Source: an uncultured cyanobacterium (GTDB taxonomy: Bacteria > Cyanobacteriota > Cyanobacteriia > Phormidesmidales > Phormidesmidaceae). From it: DNA of 64,000 nucleotides. Below the pieces are notes generated by a model. It saw nothing but the letters and a program-made list of their open reading frames with translations, had not been told where the DNA came from and did no database searches. Numbering within the stretch: position 1 is the first letter of the stretch; the number at the start of each line of letters is the position of its first letter. Location: contig CAWBZI010000005.1 in NCBI GenBank assembly GCA_963793265.1, positions 352,001 through 416,000 on the forward strand, in the 5' to 3' direction. Of the stretch, positions 1 through 9,945 are shown piece by piece. A program made the position numbers and the translations under genes.

Positions 1-2138
1 GTAAATTCCTCATCAAAGAGCACCTGAGCATCGACACGGGCAGACGCCTGTTCTAGCTCTGCTTTCACGCCCGGCAGCGCCGAGAATCCATCCCGCGCCT
101 CCGTCAAACCCATCATTAGCGCCTGCAAAGGCTTCGGGTTTTGAAAGTGAGGCCCCAACAATTTGAGCCCAGGCGTAAGGGCTACGCTATATTTTTCTAA
201 TAAATATTGCTGTCCGTCATACAAAGCAGCCATTGGAATGCTGCGGAATTTACCATCTAGTACAAACACCAGCGTGCTTATATTACGTTCACGCAGCGCA
301 GATTCAACCGGCGTGATTAGCCAGTCGTATATTTGCTTAGAGAGCCTTAGCCGCTTGTTAGTAGAGAGTGCCGGATTAAGATACTGAAATAAATCATCAA
401 CTGTTTGATCGGTGACTTCTTTTGCTTGCCAGGTGCGATAGTGACGCAAAGGCAAATCCGGTAGAGATACAATCACCTCTACTCTATCTGCCAATACAAT
501 TGGGTAGAGCACCGCTGCTTTGCTATCTAGCTTATCGACATACTCCGCTGCCGAATCGATACAGGCAGATCTAAAGTAATTCTCTAATTCCGCGAGCTGT
601 AAATCTTCTACAACTTCTCTTGCTTTAAGCAGCGATCGCTGGTCTACTTCATCAGGTAGCAATAGCAAGCTCACTAGCTCGCGATAAACCGGCTCTACTG
701 TCTCGCGAAAAGAATATTGCACGTCTGAGTTAGTAGCGAGCAAATCGCGCCGCACTTCAGAAAGCGTCTCCACAGCGCCCTTATAGCTATCAATAGCCTC
801 TACGTCCTTTCCTTGCTGATGATACGCTTTACCTAGCTGCTGCTGCCAGCGATAGGCGATATCGTTAGCATCAATGGTCTGTGAGAGGAACAATGCTTTT
901 TGTGCTAGCTCTTGAGATGCCTGCCACTGCCGCGTATGTCCATACAGCTTACTCAACTCGCCCAGCGCAAGTGACTGCGCGCGATTGTCCTGTAGTGATT
1001 GGGCCTGGGTTACACTCTCTTTAAGTAAATCTGCGGCCTTATCCACTGAAACCCACGCAACCGGCTGATGCGATTTATCTGCATGAGACAATAAGCTATC
1101 GACCAGATTGACTCGGCTGTAAATCGCATCGCGGCTTGCAGGCAAACTTTTGACTTGAGCGAATACGCGAGGTGCAAGCTGTTGTGCACCCTGCCATTGC
1201 TGGGCCGATAGCATCAGGCTCAAGCGATTGAGCTGAGCCTTGGCTTTGAGAAGGGCGTTTGGCGATCGCACCGCGACGACTTCGTACTGCGCTAAAGCTG
1301 CCTCTGTCTCACCCAATAAGCGAGACGTATTTGCTAAGGCAAACAAAGTATCTACAATGTCAGATTCGTTGCCTATTTGTTCTTGCAAAGCTAAGCTTTC
1401 GGTCAAATACTGGCGAGAGGCTGCTAGGCTACCTGAGGTCTGAAAAACGTTGCCCAGGCTTTTGAGTGCGATCGCCTTTACCGCAGAGTCGGGCTGATCT
1501 TTAAGCCGTTCAACAATTGCCGTAAGCTGTAGGTTTGCCCGTCGATACAGGCCCATCGTTTGCAGCGCCTGAGACTGATTGATTTGAGCCCCAACGCTCC
1601 CAAGCAAGTCATCAGCGCGATCGTAGTCAGCTTCGGCCTGCTGCCAGGTTTCCCAAGCGGCTTCTGGCTTACCTTGCTTTAGGCTCAGCCGTCCTTGAGC
1701 GTTCAAAACCTGCGCGCGAACACGTAATAGCTGAGGTGCTCGTGGACTGCTTGCGATGATAGAAAGGCTTTGGGCGATCGCATCTTCTGCCTGCGCCCAG
1801 TCACCTAAATCCTGCGCTGCAATCGACACATAGCTCAGCAGCACGGCCCGCTGCAAAGACTGAGGCTGCAGTTGTTCTGTGGCCCGCTGCCAGCTCTGCA
1901 AAGCCGACGATATCTGACCAGATTCATACTGCTGCTGGCCTTGAAAAATCTGATTTTGCGAAGGCGCTAGTGATGAACTTACATTGTCCTGAGCGATCAC
2001 CACGCTTTTAGTGCCGACAGAAGCAGCAGGATTTGCCGTAACACCTACCAGGGTCACTAGCATCATTGCCAAAAACAGAACTCTCTTCCAGCTTCTACGA
2101 CTCAAAATCGACCTTCTAAACTTCCAATAGCGATTCAT
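1..2138 (-). CDS. TPR + CHAT domain protein with signal peptide (3' end runs off the window)
   Basis: Absent from the ORF track. Manual translation from ATG 2138 gives MNRYWKF...VLFLAMMLVTLVG (signal-like) and TPR-like helices (GQQQYESGQISSALQSWQRA). The same frame at the window edge reads AQVLFDEEFT, a typical CHAT segment. Confidence 0.85.
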   Translation of the reverse strand, partial: MNRYWKFRRSILSRRSWKRVLFLAMMLVTLVGVTANPAASVGTKSVVIAQDNVSSSLAPSQNQIFQGQQQYESGQISSALQSWQRATEQLQPQSLQRAVLLSYVSIAAQDLGDWAQAEDAIAQSLSIIASSPRAPQLLRVRAQVLNAQGRLSLKQGKPEAAWETWQQAEADYDRADDLLGSVGAQINQSQALQTMGLYRRANLQLTAIVERLKDQPDSAVKAIALKSLGNVFQTSGSLAASRQYLTESLALQEQIGNESDIVDTLFALANTSRLLGETEAALAQYEVVAVRSPNALLKAKAQLNRLSLMLSAQQWQGAQQLAPRVFAQVKSLPASRDAIYSRVNLVDSLLSHADKSHQPVAWVSVDKAADLLKESVTQAQSLQDNRAQSLALGELSKLYGHTRQWQASQELAQKALFLSQTIDANDIAYRWQQQLGKAYHQQGKDVEAIDSYKGAVETLSEVRRDLLATNSDVQYSFRETVEPVYRELVSLLLLPDEVDQRSLLKAREVVEDLQLAELENYFRSACIDSAAEYVDKLDSKAAVLYPIVLADRVEVIVSLPDLPLRHYRTWQAKEVTDQTVDDLFQYLNPALSTNKRLRLSKQIYDWLITPVESALRERNISTLVFVLDGKFRSIPMAALYDGQQYLLEKYSVALTPGLKLLGPHFQNPKPLQALMMGLTEARDGFSALPGVKAELEQASARVDAQVLFDEEF

Positions 2139-2385
2139 ATACGCTCATTCCCAACTGCTTTGCCACAGAAAATCGTTATTTATCTGCCCATTTCAAAGAA
2201 CAAAGCAGCTTTCTACGGTTATTAATGCCCCAATTTGTCAATCGGTTTGCACAAACCTCACACTCTACGGGCCACAAGGGCACCCTAATTGAAAATTACG
2301 CTAGCGTTTTGTAGCTCTTTGTCAACAGTCGTATAGCGCTTCCTACAAAACAACTTTCACAAGGGCTATCTAGAGCTAGAGATTT

Positions 2386-5004
2386 ATGAAAAGTCAGTCC
2401 AAGCATCAGAACTTTCTACTTCTTTGTTCTCTTTTGAAGGTGAGTAGCGGGCTTGCGATAGCAAACGGACTGGTGACGGGTGGTGCGATCGCCCAGTCAA
2501 TCTCAATCGACGGCTCGACACCCACACAGCTCAACGGAACCAATAGCTGTTCGGGTAACTGCACCATTACGGGTGGCTTAAGAGATAGCAACGGCAGCGG
2601 AGTTAATCTCTTTCATAGCTTCGACTACTTTAATATAGATACCGGCTCGACAGTTACTTTCGACGACCCTGGCGTTACTAATATATTCAGCAGAATCACT
2701 GGCGCAGGGAATCTGTCAACTATCGATGGGACTCTCGCTGTAGATGGCGCAGCTAATCTATTTTTACTCAATGCCAACGGCATTATGTTTGGCGAAAATG
2801 CCAGCCTAGATCTTCAAGGCTCGTTTCTCTCTAGCACCGCAGACAGTATCCTCTTTCAAGATAAAACGCCATTTAGTGCAACAAATCCCGCTGAGGTGCC
2901 TTCGCTGCTAACGGTAAGCACACCTATTGGTCTTCAGTTTGGGAGCGCGCCAAACCCTATTGAGATTGAAGGAAGTGGCCACACACTGGCCTATGGCCCC
3001 GCTATTACCAGAAATGCCTTCGGCCCGCCCGCCTCGAGCCTGCAAGTGTCCGCAGGAAAGAACCTAGCGTTCATCGGAGGAGCGATTAGATTGCGTGGCG
3101 GCAACTTAATCGCAGAAGGTGGTCATATAGAAGTTGGGAGCATTGGAGAGGGCGAGCGCGTTATGTTTGATAGCGAGGCTTCTCAATGGCAGTTTGACTA
3201 CGATCAGGTTTCTGCATTCCAAGATATCTCTCTGACACAATCTGCCTTAGTAGACGTTAGTAGTAGCGATGCAGGCAGCGTTCAAATTCAGGGACAACAG
3301 ATTTCCTTAGGTAGCGGCTCATCAGTATTGGCACAGGTAACAGGCAGCGGCAGTGGACATATCACCGTTAATGCTTCTGAAAAGCTTCAGCTCACAGGAG
3401 AGAACATCTTCATGCCGCCAGATGTTTTCACAATGCCTACTAGCATCTATCTCGAAATTGCACCTTTTGGAACGGGCGATGGCACTAGCCTTTTAAGTGT
3501 CAATGCGCCTGAAATTGGTCTTACTGGAGGGGCTCAAATCGGACTCACCATGGCGGGATCTGGCTCAGCAGGCAGCGTACGAGTGCGATCGCAGCTCGCC
3601 AACCTCAACGGCGTCTCTAACGCGGGGCCAAGCGCTATTTTTACAACAGTTGCCCCACTCGAATTTACGCCTACTACCGCATCTGGTGGCGATTTGGACA
3701 TTCGCATTCAGCAGCTCAACGTTACAGATGGCGGCACGGTAGGCGCAAATACCTTTGGCCCAGGCAGCGGCGGCAATCTAGCCATCGTGGCCGAAGAGAT
3801 AACTGTAGACGGAGCTGGCCCATCTTCACCAAGCATACTAGGTACTGCTTCTGAAGTTTCGCCCACCAATCCTTTCCTATCACTCCCTAAGGGTAGCGGC
3901 AACAGCGGCTCAGCGCTGATAGAGACGCATCGATTGAGTGTCACCAATGGAGGACAAGTTGCAACGACTATCGCGAGCAATAACGCGGCTGGCAATCTAA
4001 CGATTCGAGCAACAGAATCTATCACGCTCGACGGAAGAACAGACGCCGGGCGCAGTGGTTTGCTTGCAAATGCCTTTGAAGGAAGTGGTAGCGGAGGAGA
4101 TATTATTGTCACCACCGATGTTTTATCGGTGCTCAACGAAGCGACCATCAACGCGAGTAATTTTCCTAGCAGCGAGTCGGGCGGACGCCCCCCTGGCAGT
4201 GGTTCGGCAGGTAATATCAGGCTGAGCGCGCAAACTTTAGAGGTTAAAGACGGGGGAGTGATTACGGCTAATACGGTGGCGGGCGATCGCGCAAACATCA
4301 TGATCCAAACGGATAGCCTCGTGCTACGCCGAGGCAGCACCGTTACAACAAACGCAAGTGGCAGCGCTACGGGCGGCGATATTAACATTGATGCTGAAGC
4401 CATTGTTGCCTTTGAGAACAGCGACATTACAGCGAACGCGGTTGATGACTTTGGCGGACGAATTGTCATAGATGCCAACGTCATACTAGGCACTACCTAC
4501 CGCGAATCGCTAACGCCTCAAAGCGATATTACAGCGACCTCAGACCTTGGCCCAGCCTTCAGCGGCAGCGTAGAAATTAATAATCCAGAAGTAGATCCGA
4601 CTGAGGGCATCACAGAACTTCCTGAAGGGCTCTCTACAGAAAATCAGATAGCTAATGCCTGTGAAGAGACAGATAGCAATACCTTTGTAGCAACTGGTAG
4701 GGGAGGGCTTCCTGAAAGCAGCAATCTAACGCTTGCAAATCAATCCCTTTGGAATGATTTTCGCCTGTTAGAAAGTATCGAAACGTTGCCCACAGCGCAA
4801 AACGATACTGCGCCATCAATCGCGAACGAACCAAGCACAAATACTGTGTCGCCCGACGCACTTCCAAACATCGTAGAAGCTCAGATGTGGGCGACGAACC
4901 ACAAGGGACAGCTCGTATTGGGTGTCTACAGTGAAACGTTCGTTTCATCACATACTCTACCTAAGTGTTTAGCCCAGCAAGCATCTATGAAACTCATCAG
5001 TTAG
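2386..5004 (+). CDS. Filamentous haemagglutinin-family (TPS/haemagg_act N-domain) secreted beta-helix protein
   Basis: Signal peptide; NLFHSFDYFNI, NIFSRITG and ANLFLLNANGIMFG motifs; repeated GxGGxxxI beta-helix units; C-terminal FVATGRGGLP and IVEAQMW motifs. Confidence 0.9.
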   Translation: MKSQSKHQNFLLLCSLLKVSSGLAIANGLVTGGAIAQSISIDGSTPTQLNGTNSCSGNCTITGGLRDSNGSGVNLFHSFDYFNIDTGSTVTFDDPGVTNIFSRITGAGNLSTIDGTLAVDGAANLFLLNANGIMFGENASLDLQGSFLSSTADSILFQDKTPFSATNPAEVPSLLTVSTPIGLQFGSAPNPIEIEGSGHTLAYGPAITRNAFGPPASSLQVSAGKNLAFIGGAIRLRGGNLIAEGGHIEVGSIGEGERVMFDSEASQWQFDYDQVSAFQDISLTQSALVDVSSSDAGSVQIQGQQISLGSGSSVLAQVTGSGSGHITVNASEKLQLTGENIFMPPDVFTMPTSIYLEIAPFGTGDGTSLLSVNAPEIGLTGGAQIGLTMAGSGSAGSVRVRSQLANLNGVSNAGPSAIFTTVAPLEFTPTTASGGDLDIRIQQLNVTDGGTVGANTFGPGSGGNLAIVAEEITVDGAGPSSPSILGTASEVSPTNPFLSLPKGSGNSGSALIETHRLSVTNGGQVATTIASNNAAGNLTIRATESITLDGRTDAGRSGLLANAFEGSGSGGDIIVTTDVLSVLNEATINASNFPSSESGGRPPGSGSAGNIRLSAQTLEVKDGGVITANTVAGDRANIMIQTDSLVLRRGSTVTTNASGSATGGDINIDAEAIVAFENSDITANAVDDFGGRIVIDANVILGTTYRESLTPQSDITATSDLGPAFSGSVEINNPEVDPTEGITELPEGLSTENQIANACEETDSNTFVATGRGGLPESSNLTLANQSLWNDFRLLESIETLPTAQNDTAPSIANEPSTNTVSPDALPNIVEAQMWATNHKGQLVLGVYSETFVSSHTLPKCLAQQASMKLIS

Positions 5005-5170
5005 CTGCGTTTTTCCGTATGATTGCCTGTTTCTAGCTACGAGCAACAATTTTAGGTTTTTAAGTATAGGTACTTACTGATTGCCGCTATATAAACACTA
5101 CGTAAGAAAAGTGAGTACGCAGATGGCATTAATTAAAGAACGAGGCACTTTATAGACAAGAAGTTTCAAG

Positions 5171-6472
5171 ATGAGAGATAGTTTTATGCAGCTTAGCTCG
5201 CGCGTTCAAAGAGCCTTATTAGCGTCAACGGTGACCGTAGGAATTTTTACGGCACCTGCGGCGCAAGCTGTCACCTTTAGCTTTAGCTACGGCGGTAACG
5301 TCTCTAACGCATATAGATCTGCCTTTGAAGAGGCTGGCTCTATATGGTCGTCATATTTAGAAGATGATGTTCAAATTAATTTAGGGATAGGCGTAGAGAG
5401 CTTTCTTCCCCAAGATGACAGGTCAGGACATGCAATATCAGCGCCAAATGGTACGTTAGGCGAGTTTCTTACATTAGCAGAAGCGGCTCCGGCGTTGAAG
5501 AAAGAGAAATTTGAAAAATATGCAGAATATCTCTACGAGGATATGTCTCGCGACCGTGATTGGGATAGGTCGAACGATAGAGAGGCCATATATAGTTTGT
5601 ACGATCTTTCTGGACGAGATAATGAGTTTAAGAAGTATCTTGCTATGGAAGACAATCGCGTTCGTGAGAAAGAAAAAGTATACATCACGAGCGCTAACAG
5701 TAAGGCAATTGGATTAATTGATGGTTATTCAGACAAGTTAGACGGATACATTCAAGTAAATAACGACGTAGATTTTTACACAGAATATAACTCCCGTGGG
5801 GAAAAGGACAGATCCCGTGGCCGCAATAAGTTAGAAGATAGTGGCAAGCACGATCTTTTGACCGTAGCACTTCATGAAATTGCTCACACTTTGGGTTTCG
5901 TGAGCGGTGTTGATGTCAGGGGCATCGAAGAAGCAACTACGCTAGATCTATTTCGATACTCTGATGAAAGTTTAGACTACGACGATAATGGAGCTTTTGG
6001 TGCAGTTGACTTGAGTCATGATCAAGAAACCTTTCTCTCATTTGATGGAAAGCGTACGAATATGCTGTTTACAGGGAAACGGGATGGCGATACGGATCAC
6101 GAAGCGAGTCACTGGGATTCCAAAGGTGCCTCTGGAATTATGGCTCCAGAACTGATGAAAAATCATCGACTCGAAATCTCGCAAAGCGATCTGAAGGCTT
6201 TAGATATCATTGGGTGGGATGTAGATTACAAGGGGAAAGCAAATTCGACAAGAGGGAAAAAAGCTAAAAAGAAGAAGGAGTACAAAAGCAAAGAGGCTAA
6301 TAAAGCAATCAGGGGAAAAGACGGCGAGGGCAGCGATTACACAATGGGCTTTTGGTCTTGGAAGCAAACAGGTGGCGCAATAGAAGCTCAACAAGTGCCT
6401 GAGCCTGCGTCTGTACTATCACTATTCGGCATAGCATCGTTAGGTTTAGGCGTCCTTCGCAAACGCTCTTAG
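5171..6472 (+). CDS. PEP-CTERM-anchored zinc metalloprotease (zincin)
   Basis: Signal peptide (AAQA), HEIAHTLG HExxH motif, ASHW and GIMAP motifs, C-terminal VPEP + TM + RKRS sorting signal. Confidence 0.85.
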   Translation: MRDSFMQLSSRVQRALLASTVTVGIFTAPAAQAVTFSFSYGGNVSNAYRSAFEEAGSIWSSYLEDDVQINLGIGVESFLPQDDRSGHAISAPNGTLGEFLTLAEAAPALKKEKFEKYAEYLYEDMSRDRDWDRSNDREAIYSLYDLSGRDNEFKKYLAMEDNRVREKEKVYITSANSKAIGLIDGYSDKLDGYIQVNNDVDFYTEYNSRGEKDRSRGRNKLEDSGKHDLLTVALHEIAHTLGFVSGVDVRGIEEATTLDLFRYSDESLDYDDNGAFGAVDLSHDQETFLSFDGKRTNMLFTGKRDGDTDHEASHWDSKGASGIMAPELMKNHRLEISQSDLKALDIIGWDVDYKGKANSTRGKKAKKKKEYKSKEANKAIRGKDGEGSDYTMGFWSWKQTGGAIEAQQVPEPASVLSLFGIASLGLGVLRKRS

Positions 6473-6534
6473 GCCATGACGACTTTAAGACTTACACTTA
6501 AGTTTCTTTTTTCCAATTAGTGCTGATAGAAGTT

Positions 6535-6568
6535 GAGCCGGTTTCTTTAGGAAGTCGGCTCTTTATTT
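6535..6568 (+). terminator. Intrinsic terminator
   Basis: GAGCCGgtttc...gaagtCGGCTC hairpin followed by TTTATTT, downstream of the PEP-CTERM gene. Confidence 0.6.
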
Positions 6569-6664
6569 GTGAATACCTGCTGCGGCCACCATACGCGCAT
6601 CAAAGGAAGTGTAGCGATCGCACAAAGCAGATACACTAATTCTTTGATAGTGCGTTGACAAACC

Positions 6665-8176
6665 GTGGCTTATCCCGATTATCTAGAAAGAATATTAACG
6701 GCTCGCGTTTACGATGTAGCTCAAGAGACGCCGTTAGAAAAGGCTGCTCGATTATCTGAACGACTAAGCAATAACGTCCTACTCAAACGAGAAGACGTGC
6801 AGTCCGTTTTTTCGTTCAAGCTGCGCGGTGCATACAACAAAATGGCTCAGCTTTCGCCTGAATTATTAGGGTGCGGCGTGATCGCAGCTTCGGCGGGCAA
6901 CCATGCGCAAGGGGTAGCACTAGCAGCTCAAAGGCTAGGAACTACGGCGATGATCGTGATGCCAGTGACGACGCCGCAGGTAAAGGTGGACGCGGTAAAG
7001 GCGAGGGGTGGCACTGTGGTGCTGCATGGTGATAGCTACGATGACGCTTATGCTCACGCTCGCCAGCTAGAAGCAGAGAAAGGACTGACGTTTATTCATC
7101 CGTTTGACGATCCTGACGTGATTGCCGGGCAGGGCACGATCGGGATGGAGATTTTGCGGCAGTATCAGCAGCCGATTCATGCTGTTTTTATTGCGATTGG
7201 TGGAGGGGGGTTGATTTCAGGGGTTGCAGCTTATATCAAGCGTTTGCGGCCTGAGATTAAAATTATTGGGGTGGAGCCGGTTGATTCGGATGCGATGAGT
7301 CAGTCTTTGGCGAAGGGCGATCGCGTCACCCTAAAGCAAGTTGGCCTATTTGCAGACGGCGTTGCCGTGCGGCAGGTAGGGGCAGAAACCTTTCGGCTAT
7401 GTCAGCAATATGTAGACGAAGTAATTTTGGTGAGCACAGACGATACCTGTGCGGCGATTAAGGACGTGTTTGAGGATACGCGCTCAATATTAGAACCGGC
7501 AGGAGCGCTGGCGATCGCTGGCATGAAAGCCTATGTGCAAAGGGAAGGAATTGCAGGAGAGACGCTGGTTGCGATCGCCTGTGGGGCCAACATGAACTTC
7601 GATCGCCTGCGCTTTGTCTCTGAGCGCGCTGAACTGGGCGAGGGCCGAGAGGCCGTCTTTGCAGTCACCATTCCAGAACGGCCCGGTAGCCTCAGAAAGT
7701 TTTGCGACATTTTAGGCAATCACAGCATCAGCGAATTTAACTACCGCATTGCCGATCGCGACCGGGCGCATATTTTTATCGGCATCAAGGTAAAAGGCCG
7801 AGCCGACGCGCAGGCGATTGAGCAGACCTTTCGAGACAACGGCTTTAAAACGCTCAACCTCACTGACGATGAACTTGCCAAAATGCATCTGCGGCACATG
7901 GTTGGCGGTAAATCTTCTTTAGCAGACTACGAACTACTCTATCGGTTTGAATTTCCTGAAAGGCCCGGCGCGCTTACCAACTTCGTCTCAGCCATGAGCC
8001 CTAACTGGAACATCAGCCTGTTTCACTACCGTAATCATGGCGCTGACTACGGCAGAATCGTCGTCGGTATGCAGGTGCCACCCGAAGAAATGAGCCAGTG
8101 GGAGGCTTTTTTGGACACGCTGGGCTACCGCTATTGGAACGAAAGCCACAATCCGGCCTATCAGCTCTTTTTATGA
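6665..8176 (+). CDS. ilvA: Biosynthetic threonine ammonia-lyase
   Basis: SFKLRGAYN PLP-lysine motif, ASAGNHAQG, two C-terminal ACT-like domains (PERPG). Confidence 0.97.
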   Translation: MAYPDYLERILTARVYDVAQETPLEKAARLSERLSNNVLLKREDVQSVFSFKLRGAYNKMAQLSPELLGCGVIAASAGNHAQGVALAAQRLGTTAMIVMPVTTPQVKVDAVKARGGTVVLHGDSYDDAYAHARQLEAEKGLTFIHPFDDPDVIAGQGTIGMEILRQYQQPIHAVFIAIGGGGLISGVAAYIKRLRPEIKIIGVEPVDSDAMSQSLAKGDRVTLKQVGLFADGVAVRQVGAETFRLCQQYVDEVILVSTDDTCAAIKDVFEDTRSILEPAGALAIAGMKAYVQREGIAGETLVAIACGANMNFDRLRFVSERAELGEGREAVFAVTIPERPGSLRKFCDILGNHSISEFNYRIADRDRAHIFIGIKVKGRADAQAIEQTFRDNGFKTLNLTDDELAKMHLRHMVGGKSSLADYELLYRFEFPERPGALTNFVSAMSPNWNISLFHYRNHGADYGRIVVGMQVPPEEMSQWEAFLDTLGYRYWNESHNPAYQLFL

Positions 8177-8194
8177 GGCTCTTTTTATAAGGCG

Positions 8195-9547
8195 CTATTG
8201 CAAATCTACCCGCGTGGCATAGGCTTTGCCCTCGATATATTTGATAGCAGCCGTGACTTTAACGCCGCGCTCCAAACGCGGGAAAACATCAGCGTTGATG
8301 TACTTCTGATGGAAGAGAATATCTTTGGTGCCATCGTCGGGTGCGATGTAGCCGTGAAAGTTACCTTCTTTGAGTGTGAAAAGAAGCTTGACGACACCGT
8401 TTTTAACAGGCCGATCTTCAAAGACAGGTGCTATGGATTTACTTCGCTCTGATTGCTTGCTTTGCTTTGCTTCAGGCGCTGTGGTTTGTTCGGCTTCAGG
8501 CAGCGCAAATGTCTTAGTTTGGGCGATCGCCTCGCCTTCAATCGGCGGTGCTAAAGGCTCTATGTCAGCTACATAGTCTTCGGTTGCATAGTCTTCAACT
8601 ACATTGTCTCTATCAACAGGCAGCGACCAGGGATAGGGCAGTGTCTCAACTTTGCCATCTATAGCCGCCTCGTCAGCTACATCGTCTTCCGTCTCAATCA
8701 AAATCTGAGCCGGTAAAGCGGGTGATTCAGCCTCCTCAACTGCTGTCTCGGCCTCAGCGGCTGCTATGCTTTCGTCTAGTGGCTCGTCTTCTAACGACTC
8801 ATCGGCAAGCAGCTCATCACCCCTTTCGTCAGTAGCGATCGCCTCACGCTCAATAATATCGAAGCTAAACAGCGTTGCTTGCTCTAGTTCAACCACCTGT
8901 TCTGGCTCAGTGGCCTGCGTTGAGTCTGGTGAAGATGTATCAAGAGAGGAAGAAGGTTGCAGCGGACTTTCTGAGTTGAAAGGCTCTGGGACTTCATCTA
9001 GGTCTGTAGCTTCTACAGCAGGTAGCAGGTCGTGAATGCCTGGGAGCTGACCATCAGGCATTCTTTTCAGGCTGCGCATCGGCATATCAGCGCTGTTAGC
9101 TTCTGTAGCTGATGATTCGTCAGGCTTTAAGGGAGAGCCCATCAGCTCGGATACCTCTGTCGGAAAGGCTGGGCTGACTATCTTGATGTCCGGTAATGCT
9201 GCCGAAGCGACATCCGCACGCCTGTGGGTGTCGGAAGGCTCAGAAGGTAGCTCGGGCGTAGAGTCACTGACGAGTGGCTGAGGTGACGACCGGTTTATGA
9301 CTGGATCTTCTGTAATTTCGGTAGTGGCTGTAGCTGGCTCAGGAGTCGGCGATACGGCTGGTTTAGAAATTGGATCTATGACCGGCACAGTAGGGCGTGA
9401 GGTGCCGATCGTACGGTTACTGCCTAGCGCAGGCCCTCTGCTGTCAGCATCGCGCTTAGGCTGACTCGGTGCAGGCGAACTGCCGCGCTTTTTGCCTAAT
9501 ATATTCTGCAATTTGTGTAGTAGCCAATTCATAAACCGTTTCAGCAT
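8195..9547 (-). CDS. Cold-shock (OB-fold) domain protein with long acidic low-complexity region
   Basis: C-terminal GVVK...HGYIAPDDGTKDILFH matches RNP1/RNP2-like cold-shock motifs. The rest is P/E/S/A-rich. Confidence 0.75.
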   Translation of the reverse strand: MLKRFMNWLLHKLQNILGKKRGSSPAPSQPKRDADSRGPALGSNRTIGTSRPTVPVIDPISKPAVSPTPEPATATTEITEDPVINRSSPQPLVSDSTPELPSEPSDTHRRADVASAALPDIKIVSPAFPTEVSELMGSPLKPDESSATEANSADMPMRSLKRMPDGQLPGIHDLLPAVEATDLDEVPEPFNSESPLQPSSSLDTSSPDSTQATEPEQVVELEQATLFSFDIIEREAIATDERGDELLADESLEDEPLDESIAAAEAETAVEEAESPALPAQILIETEDDVADEAAIDGKVETLPYPWSLPVDRDNVVEDYATEDYVADIEPLAPPIEGEAIAQTKTFALPEAEQTTAPEAKQSKQSERSKSIAPVFEDRPVKNGVVKLLFTLKEGNFHGYIAPDDGTKDILFHQKYINADVFPRLERGVKVTAAIKYIEGKAYATRVDLQ

Positions 9548-9945
9548 TGCGGCTGGCTCCTATGAATTCTTCATGGGTTGTGCACTGCGGTGGCCCCTTA
9601 TGTTACCAGTCGCTAGGGCTAGTCGCTAAGAAAGATAGGTAGCGCTGAGGGCCAGAAATTGTGTAAAGGCCATTACTTATGGCGTGGCTTCAGAACTTGC
9701 CAAATAATAAATACCGTAAAAGAGAGGTAGGTAATCGTGAACAGCCAATTTTGCCAGCTATCTGAGAGTTCCATAAAGCAGTCGCTAAGCTAAATAACTT
9801 AAGTTCTCATTATTTGTCCATTTTTACGGTTTTGTCGAGATTTTTCACGGTTAGAAATATTGTTACGGGCACTCTGTAAGTAGCTTTCCTCAGCAGCCTT
9901 CTGAGTATTGTCACTTACCCTCTTAAGCACAAAACTTGCATCCGT

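Noticed and set aside
163..1465. Plus-strand ORFs 163-387, 1240-1443 and 1259-1465
   Set aside because: They are antisense to the TPR-CHAT gene that the ORF track missed because it runs off the window.
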